64,000 bases of DNA. Source: Scenedesmus sp. PABB004. Taxonomy: Eukaryota. How positions within the stretch are numbered: the first letter of the stretch is position 1; each line of letters begins with the position of its first letter. A program made the translations under genes and the position numbers. The notes beneath the pieces were generated by a model. The model did no database searches and had not been told where the DNA came from. It saw only the letters and a list, made by a program, of their open reading frames with translations. Below, in pieces: positions 60,784 to 64,000 of this stretch. The stretch is from contig CM026548.1 of assembly GCA_014905635.1 (NCBI GenBank), forward strand, positions 1,054,001 through 1,118,000, in the 5' to 3' direction.

Positions 60784-62826
60784 GACATGGACGGCTTCAA
60801 GCTGCTGGAGGCCATCGGCCTGGAGCTGGACCTGCCCGTCATCAGTGAGACGCCGCGGCGGCCGCAGCGGCAGCGGCGGCGGGGGGCCCCCGCCCCCGCG
60901 GCGCCCGCGCGCCGCCGCGCGCCGCCATGCGCCGCGCGCCCGGCCGCCAAGCAGCGAACGCCGCGCCGCCGCGCCGCAGTGATGTCGTCCAACGGCGAGC
61001 ACACGACGGTCATGCGCGGCGTGACGCACGGCGCGTGCGACTTTCTGATCAAGCCGGTGCGCATCGAGGAGCTGCGCAACATCTGGCAGCACGTGCTGCG
61101 CCGCACGAGCAAGCCGCCCAACGCAGCGGTGCGGCCGCGCGCGCAGAGCCGGCGGGGCCGGGGGGGGGGGGCTTGGCGCGGCGGCCGGGGGGCGGCGGCC
61201 GACGCGCGGCGCCCGCCGCGCGCAGCAGCAGCTGCGCGACGTGGAGAGCGAGGACGGCGGCGAGGAGGGCGGCGGCGAGGCGAGCCGCAAGCGCAAGGAC
61301 TGCAAGGACGGCAGCGGCGGCGGCGGCGGCGGCGACGCGCGCGACGACGAGGCGGGCGCGAGCAAGAAGCCGCGCGTCGTGTGGAGCGTGGAGATGCACC
61401 AGCAGTTTGTGCAGGCGGTCAACCAGCTGGGCATCGACAGTGCGTGCCCCCGCAGCGCCGCCACGCGGCCGCGGCGCACCGCGCCGCGCGGCCGCGGCGG
61501 CCGCGGCGGCCGCCCACGCGCCGCCGTCCGCCCTGCTGCCGCGCCTGCGCGCCCGCGCCGCCGCCGCCCGCCGCGCAGAGGCGGTGCCCAAGAAGATCCT
61601 GGAGATCATGAAGGTCGGGGGCCTGACGCGTGAGAACGTGGCGAGCCACCTGCAGAAGTACCGCCTCTACCTCAAGCGCCTGCAGACGAGCAGCCACGGC
61701 GGCGCGCCGCGCGGCGGGGCCAAGTCCGGCATCATGCAGGCGGTTGCGCAGGCCAACGCGGGTGGCGCCGCCGCCGGCGGCGCGGGCGCGGGCGACGGCG
61801 GCGCCGGCGCGCTCGCGGGCGGGCTCGGCGGCATGCAGGGCGACGGCATGGGCGCGCTGCTGGGCCTCATGGGCGGCGGTGGCGCGCCGGGCGGCATGGG
61901 CATGGGCATGCCCGCCGCGATGGCCGCCGCGGCGGGCGGGGCGATGCACCCGATGGCCGCCATGATGGCGGCGGGGCTCGGCCAGCCGCCGATGGGCATG
62001 GGCCTGCCGGGCATGCCGGGTGCGCCGGCCGCCGCGGCGCTGGGGGCGCCGAGGCCGAGCGCCCGGCGCGGCGCGGCGCCGCGGCAGGGCCGGCAGCAGC
62101 CCAGCGCCGCGCCGCTCACCCGCCCGCGTGCCGCCCGCCCGCCTGCGCGGCGCCGCCGCCCGCCGCGCAGGCCTGCCAGGCATGCCCGGCCTGCCCGGCG
62201 CGCCCGGCGCCGCGCCGGGGCAGCTGCTGGGCCACGGCGGGCTGCCGGGGATGCCGGGCCTACCGCCGATGGGCAGCCACGCCATGGGCATGCCGGGGCT
62301 GCCAGGCATGCAGGGGCTGGGCCTGCCAGGCATGGCTGGCATGCAAGGTGCGCCGGCCGCCGGCCGCCGCCGCCGCCGCTGGGGAGAGGGTGCGCGGCCG
62401 CCGCGTGCGTGCGTGCGTGCGCCGCCGCGTCGGCCGACGCCCGAGCCGCCGCCGCCGCCGCCGCCGGCGCTCGCTTTGCGCAGGCGACCCTGGCGGCATG
62501 CTAATGGGCAGCATGATGGCCAACATGCAGGCGCTCTTTCAGGCGCAGCAGCAGCACGCGCAGCAGGCCGTGCAGCAGCACGCTGGCGCTGCGGCGGGGC
62601 CGACGACCAGCGGCGGCGGCAGCAGCGGCGGCCCGGCCGCGCCGCCGGACGCCGCGCTCATCGCGGCGGGGCTGCACCCCGCGGCCGCGATGATGGCGGG
62701 CGGCCCGGCCGCCGCGGCAGCGGCCGCGGCGGCGCAGCAGCGCGCCAACGGCAGCGGCCGCATGTTTGACGACGTGTTTGGCGCTGGCGCCGCGCAGCAG
62801 CAGCAGCGCGGCGCCGGCGCGCTGGC

Positions 62827-62858
<32 letters not shown>

Positions 62859-63010
62859 GGCAGCAGCAGCAGCTGCTGCAGCTGCAGCAGCAGCAGGCGC
62901 GGCCGCCGCACGCGGGCGCCGCCGCCGGCATCGCGGCGGGCGGGCGCGCCGCGGCCGGCGCCGACACGGCTGGGATGGAGGAGTTTTTAGATTACTTCCT
63001 CAAGAGCTGA
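60035..63010 (+). CDS. Type-B response regulator (receiver + GARP/Myb SHAQKYF-type DNA-binding domain, G/M/P/Q-rich tail)
   Basis: [36 protein letters not shown] (phospho-Asp intact), [53 protein letters not shown]. Confidence 0.95.
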
Positions 63011-64000
63011 GCTGAGGCGCCCAGCAGCCCGGCAGCAGCGGTCGACGGGCTGGCGCGGCCGGGCAGCAGCGGCGGCCGCGCTCGCCGGCGCCGCGCTCGT
63101 CGGGCGGGCGGGCGGGCGGGCAGCCGCGAGAGGGGTGTGTGTGGGTGGGGGGGTGGGCATTCGTGCGCGCGCGGGCGACGGAACAGCCTAGCAGGGCAAG
63201 GCGGCGCCGCAGGCGTGCGGGGCACGCCTGGGGGAGGGCCCGCCCTCCCGCGGAGGCGGCGCCCACCCTCCCCATGCGCCGCGGCCGGGGGCTGTGACTG
63301 CGCCCGAGCACCCACAGGGCACACTTGCATCAAGCAACCGGCCGCCGCCCCAGCGAGGGCCCGCCCCAGCGCCGCGCGCGCGGGCGGGCCCCGGCGGCGC
63401 CGGCCGCGCGGGCAGGCCGTGTGGGCGCACGCGCGGCGAGCGGGTCGGCGGCGGCCCGATGATGAAAATGAATGTGCGTGTGTCAACGGGCGCACTGCTG
63501 GCATGTTGTGGGTGCACTGCAGCGGCCGCAGCGCGCGCCCCGCACCGGCCGCCGGGCGCAGGCGCGCGACTGGGCGTCGTGCCATGGCGTGGCGTGGTGA
63601 TGGGGCCCCCTCTCTGCACTCTGTGAACGCACCCGGGGCGCGAGGCTAGGCGGCTGCTCAGTCGCGGGAGTGTGAGCCAGGGCACCCCGCGCGCGTCGTG
63701 TTGGTCGTCGACGAGACGGTCGCCCGCAGCCCGGCATCGCTTCGGTTTTGGTCGTGGCGTGGCGAGTGTTGCCAGTTCTGCTGCCCGGCGCGGGAAATCG
63801 GCACCTTTTTCCTGTCCAGCTCAGCTCAACCGCAGAGCGTCAGAGCGGCGGCCGCCGCCACAACCACCCGCCCCGCGCCGCTCAGCCGCCCAATTGATTG
63901 AATTTGTGCCGCGCGCGCGCCAACGCGACCCGCGCCGCCGCCCCGGCCTCCCCGGTGCTTGCGACAGGCGCTCGGCAGCATCGACAGCGCCCCCGCCGCG

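Noticed and set aside
60035..63010. Bacterial two-component gene or contamination
   Set aside because: It has spliceosomal introns and a plant-type GARP domain, and its codon style matches neighbouring genes.
1..64000. Hundreds of long overlapping Arg/Ala/Pro/Gly-rich ORFs in the six-frame track
   Set aside because: Stop codons are rare at this GC content. The ORFs run through introns and antisense strands and show no family motifs outside the true exons.
63011..64000. Possible additional gene at the window end
   Set aside because: No convincing exon or motif. The region looks like 3' UTR and intergenic or promoter sequence.

Overview
Eukaryotic nuclear DNA of extremely high GC content, compact and intron-rich. 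Gene content, TGTAA poly(A) signals and intron style point to a green alga (Chlorophyta, probably Sphaeropleales/Selenastraceae-like; this is an inference). Most long ORFs in the supplied track are GC artefacts, so genes were rebuilt by joining exons by eye and spans are approximate. The window holds about 21 protein genes and one tRNA-Ala(AGC). In order: a partial Q-rich CDS, eIF3d, Maf pyrophosphatase, endonuclease G, a small PPR-like protein, TTM (uridine kinase-like + CYTH), allantoinase, a modular cell-surface protein, VPS20, a degenerate cyclophilin, an Aurora-like kinase, an unknown plastid protein, mitochondrial ATP synthase gamma, CHLD, an AI-2E transporter, PGR5, MOG1, an ACT-domain alpha-amylase, an LRR protein, tRNA-Ala, mitochondrial uL6 and a type-B response regulator. 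The most striking signal is about 25 GC-AG introns among roughly 140, all with an AG|GC(G/A)CG donor. Other points of interest are an ACT-amylase fusion, a surface protein built from bacterial-looking modules, an intronic hairpin/MITE-like element, a pseudo-cyclophilin and a run of adjacent nucleotide-catabolism genes. Several single-base frameshifts are probably assembly errors.
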